Positions 61,124 to 64,000 of a stretch of DNA of 64,000 bases are shown piece after piece; position 1 is the first letter of the stretch, and each line of letters opens with the position of its first letter. The DNA is from Syntrophobacterales bacterium (GTDB lineage: Bacteria; Desulfobacterota; Desulfobaccia; Desulfobaccales; 0-14-0-80-60-11), in assembly GCA_037388025.1 (NCBI GenBank), contig JARRKO010000011.1, positions 861 to 64,860 of the forward strand, in the 5' to 3' direction. The translations under genes were made by a program, and so were the position numbers. Below the pieces are notes generated by a model. It had not been told where the DNA came from, made no database searches, and saw only the letters and a list, made by a program, of their open reading frames with translations.

Positions 61124-62290
61124 ATGCTCCTCATTATTCACCGCTACCTGATTGCCGAGATTATTTCACCCTTTCTGGTGAGCCTGCTGGCTTTCACCAC
61201 CATCGTGTTTTCCGGGCGCCTCCTCATTATTACCCGGATGATTTTAGTCAAAGGCATCGGCCTCGGGGCCATCCTGGCCTCCGCCCTGTTCCTGTTTCCG
61301 TATCTTCTGGTCTTCACCCTGCCCATGGCGGCGACGGTGGGCATCATCCTGGCTCTCATGCGTCTGTCCGTGGACCATGAGATGTTGGCCCTGAAGACCG
61401 CGGGTTTAAGCTATGTCCGCCTGCTGGCCCCCATTCTGGGTTTTGCCCTGGTGGTGGCACTTTTCACCCTGTTTCTCAGCACGTATGGCAGCCCGTGGGG
61501 GCAGAGGTCCAACCGCGAACTGTTGACCGAAGTGGTCAAGAGGCGGGCCGACCTGGCCCTGCAAGAACAGACCTTCAATACCGATTTTCAAAACCTGACG
61601 CTTTTCGTGAATCGGGTCGCTCCCCATGGCGGCCTGCTGGAGGGCCTTTTTATCAACGACTGGCGGGAAGAGGAAAATCCACAGACCATTTATGCCCAAA
61701 GCGGCCGCATACGCTACGACCCCGCCCAGAAGTCCATGATTCTGCGCCTCTCCGAAGGGGTGGTCCTCCGCTGGGGGACGGAACTGGGGCATCGGCAGAC
61801 CGTGAAATTTAAGACCTATGAACTGCCCTTGCGGCTGTTCAAATTCTCCTCTTCGGGCCAAGTATCCGAAAGAGAGATGTCCATCCGGGAACTTCGAGAA
61901 GGCATCAAGGCTGCGGCCCCCGGCTCCAAACGCTTCGTGCACTTGGTGGTGGAGCTGCACCAGCGTCTGGCCCTGCCTCTGGGGGCGCTGCTGCTTTGTC
62001 TCCTGGCCATCCCCTTGGGACTAAGCCCTCGGATTCACGGGCGCTCCTGGGGGCTCATCGTGGGCCTGCTCGTCTTTCTTATCTACTATGTGGTTTTCAC
62101 CGCGTCCTGGCGTCTGGCCTTCACCGCGCATTTGAACCCGGCGGTGGCGCCGTACCTGGCGAACATACTTTTCGCCTTGGTGGCCATATACTTCTGGCGG
62201 CGCACCCTCAAGGAACTGCCCCTGGTGCCCCAGAGCTGGTCCTTGAGAAGACTTTGGTTTTTTTGGAGAAAAACCTCTTCTCCGGGATGA
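61124..62290 (+). CDS. lptF: LPS export ABC permease, LptF/LptG family (LptF-like)
   Basis: RYLIAEI, RLSVDHEMLALKTAG and VELHQRLALP motifs; 3+3 TM layout around a periplasmic domain. Confidence 0.8.
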   Translation: MLLIIHRYLIAEIISPFLVSLLAFTTIVFSGRLLIITRMILVKGIGLGAILASALFLFPYLLVFTLPMAATVGIILALMRLSVDHEMLALKTAGLSYVRLLAPILGFALVVALFTLFLSTYGSPWGQRSNRELLTEVVKRRADLALQEQTFNTDFQNLTLFVNRVAPHGGLLEGLFINDWREEENPQTIYAQSGRIRYDPAQKSMILRLSEGVVLRWGTELGHRQTVKFKTYELPLRLFKFSSSGQVSEREMSIRELREGIKAAAPGSKRFVHLVVELHQRLALPLGALLLCLLAIPLGLSPRIHGRSWGLIVGLLVFLIYYVVFTASWRLAFTAHLNPAVAPYLANILFALVAIYFWRRTLKELPLVPQSWSLRRLWFFWRKTSSPG

Positions 62291-62378
62291 GCTGCATAAA
62301 ACCGCGGTGCCTGCTGTTCCTCTCCCTGTGGTCCAGAGTTTGCCAGATAATGTGCAACTGCGTACATATTTTTTAGGG

Positions 62379-62408
62379 TTGACCTAAACTATGATATGAG
62401 AGCATAAT
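62379..62408 (+). promoter_or_regulatory. Putative sigma-70 promoter for the PEP-CTERM-type gene
   Basis: TTGACC-N18-CATAAT. Confidence 0.45.
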
Positions 62409-62434
62409 GGATTACCTTAAGGAGGGTCAGGGCC

Positions 62435-63448
62435 ATGGTGAACCTGTTAGCATTAATCTTGGCAACCATTCTGTTCTTTCCCTCAGCGGGACTGACAAAT
62501 TTTGAGAATCCCACCAATCCCCTGGTCGGGTCACAATCCACCTTTCGAATTCTCACTCTAAACGTCATGCAGAGGGCGGACACACCGAGGGCCCAAAGGT
62601 TTGCCAATATAGTCGATTACTTGGACACCCAACCTCCGGTCCATGCCTTGGCCTTACAGGAGTTCTCGGGGGGGTCGGTTGATAGTCCTGCTGGAACCGA
62701 GGACAGCGGTGCCGACCTAGCCGGCATGTTGGGCGGGAAGTATGGATATTACACGGAATCCTCCCATAGATATGATTATTTTTTTGGATTGGGAATATTT
62801 TGGTTAGAGTTTAAGGTCGGGGTGCTGTCGCGTTATGCTATGGACTATCATGCCGCCACCAAATTAGACCCCGCAGGGTTAAATTATTCCGATGGGGAAG
62901 AATTTTCAGGTCGCGCCAATGTTGTCATGTGCATTATCGATATTCCCGGATTCGGTTCGGTCAATCTATTCAGCACTCACTTTTATAATGGCCCGGTTTC
63001 GGAACTCCAGACCCAAGCAAACAAACTGATGGAATTCGTCAACCAGGAGGACCAGGCGCACCCTTCCCGGGCCACCATTGTGTCGGGGGATATGAATTTT
63101 GTCCTGTCCACGGCCACGCAAGGCATCTATGACACCTTTCTCAGTAATGGCTTTACAGATTCTTATCGTGAAGCTAATACCGACCCGGGTTATACGTTTG
63201 GAGTGTCTGAAGACCCTTACGCCAATACCGATTCGCCGAGAAGGATTGATTATATTTTTGTCAGGGGGGATGACCTCGAGATTAGCAGCAGCCAGGTGGT
63301 CTTTGACGGTATTAACGGGGACTATGTTTCTGACCATTTTGGGGTCCTCACTGAAATTACGGCGACGCCCTTACCTTCCAGTTTGCTATTATTGGGGAGT
63401 TCCCTGTTAGGGTTGGCGGGCCTGGGCTATCGGCGGCGGCGGAAATAA
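62435..63448 (+). CDS. Secreted endonuclease/exonuclease/phosphatase (EEP) protein with PEP-CTERM/VPLPA-CTERM-type sorting tail
   Basis: Signal peptide; TLNV, ALQE, GDMN, RIDYIF and SDHFGV motifs; C-terminus TPLPSSLLLLGSSLLGLAGLGYRRRRK. Confidence 0.88.
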   Translation: MVNLLALILATILFFPSAGLTNFENPTNPLVGSQSTFRILTLNVMQRADTPRAQRFANIVDYLDTQPPVHALALQEFSGGSVDSPAGTEDSGADLAGMLGGKYGYYTESSHRYDYFFGLGIFWLEFKVGVLSRYAMDYHAATKLDPAGLNYSDGEEFSGRANVVMCIIDIPGFGSVNLFSTHFYNGPVSELQTQANKLMEFVNQEDQAHPSRATIVSGDMNFVLSTATQGIYDTFLSNGFTDSYREANTDPGYTFGVSEDPYANTDSPRRIDYIFVRGDDLEISSSQVVFDGINGDYVSDHFGVLTEITATPLPSSLLLLGSSLLGLAGLGYRRRRK

Positions 63449-63489
63449 TGCTTCCTCCCGTGAACCCGCCGGCATAAGGCAGGCAAAGC

Positions 63490-64000
63490 ATGCATGTGGT
63501 CATTTTGGCAGGTGGCAAGGGGGTGCGGTTGGCGCCCCTGACCGAGGTGATTCCCAAGCCCCTGGTGCCCTTGGGAGGGATGCCCATCATGGAGGTGGTT
63601 ATCCGTCAGTTGGCGGCCCAGGGTTTCCGCCGCATCACCCTGGCGGTGGGCTACCTGTCCGAGCTTATCCAGGCATACTTCCAGGACGGCTCCCGGTGGG
63701 GGGTGGACATCGATTATTCCGTCGAACAGGAGCCCCTGGGCACAGCCGGGCCTCTCACCCGGATACCGGACCTGACGGACACCTTTTTGGTGATGAACGC
63801 CGACGTCCTGACCAACCTGAACTACCATGAGCTGATCCACCACCACCGGGTTCAGGGAGGCCTGGCCACCATCGGCGCGCACGAGCGTCAGGTGAAAATT
63901 GATTTGGGGGTCATCATTAAAAACGGCCACGGACGCATCCGGGATTACCTGGAAAAGCCCACCAGCACCCATTTGGTGAGCATGGGAGTGTATGTTTTTG
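63490..64000 (+). CDS. Sugar-phosphate nucleotidyltransferase (3'-partial; absent from the ORF track)
   Basis: Manual translation MHVVILAGGKGVRLAPLTEVIPKPLVPLGGMPI..EQEPLGTAGPL..VMNADVL, open to the window end. Confidence 0.92.
   Translation, partial: MHVVILAGGKGVRLAPLTEVIPKPLVPLGGMPIMEVVIRQLAAQGFRRITLAVGYLSELIQAYFQDGSRWGVDIDYSVEQEPLGTAGPLTRIPDLTDTFLVMNADVLTNLNYHELIHHHRVQGGLATIGAHERQVKIDLGVIIKNGHGRIRDYLEKPTSTHLVSMGVYVF

Overview
A GC-rich bacterial chromosomal segment. Gene content suggests a Desulfobacterota/'deltaproteobacterial' anaerobe, which is an inference only. Bases 1-15 kb hold the S10-spc-alpha ribosomal superoperon (rplC to rplQ, with secY, adk, map, infA, rpoA). Next come an NlpC/P60 peptidase, a class V aminotransferase with serA, ispE-prs-pth and a sensor-less sigma-54 activator. 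An 11-gene complex-I-like nuoABCDHIJKLMN operon lacking nuoEFG follows. The middle holds der, an active CtpA protease beside a paralog that has lost both catalytic residues, a split transketolase, gatCA, a 5'-truncated TolC, a rhodanese gene with a MauE/DoxX-NADAR fusion, and a K+-independent H+-PPase. From about 51 kb the window is a cell-surface region. A minus-strand operon behind a well-spaced sigma-54 promoter encodes a radical SAM enzyme, a nucleotide-sugar dehydrogenase, an internally deleted methyltransferase, a 1305-aa double-methyltransferase/double-glycosyltransferase/TPR protein and a GT4. Then come an ArnT-like GT, lptF, a PEP-CTERM-type phosphatase/nuclease and a sugar nucleotidyltransferase. 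No rRNA, tRNA, CRISPR array or transposase was recognised; intergenic REP-like palindromes and heptamer arrays are frequent. The best leads for new biology are the sigma-54 glycan-tailoring operon, the CtpA pseudoprotease pair and the MauE-NADAR fusion. All calls come from motif recognition by eye, with no database searches.
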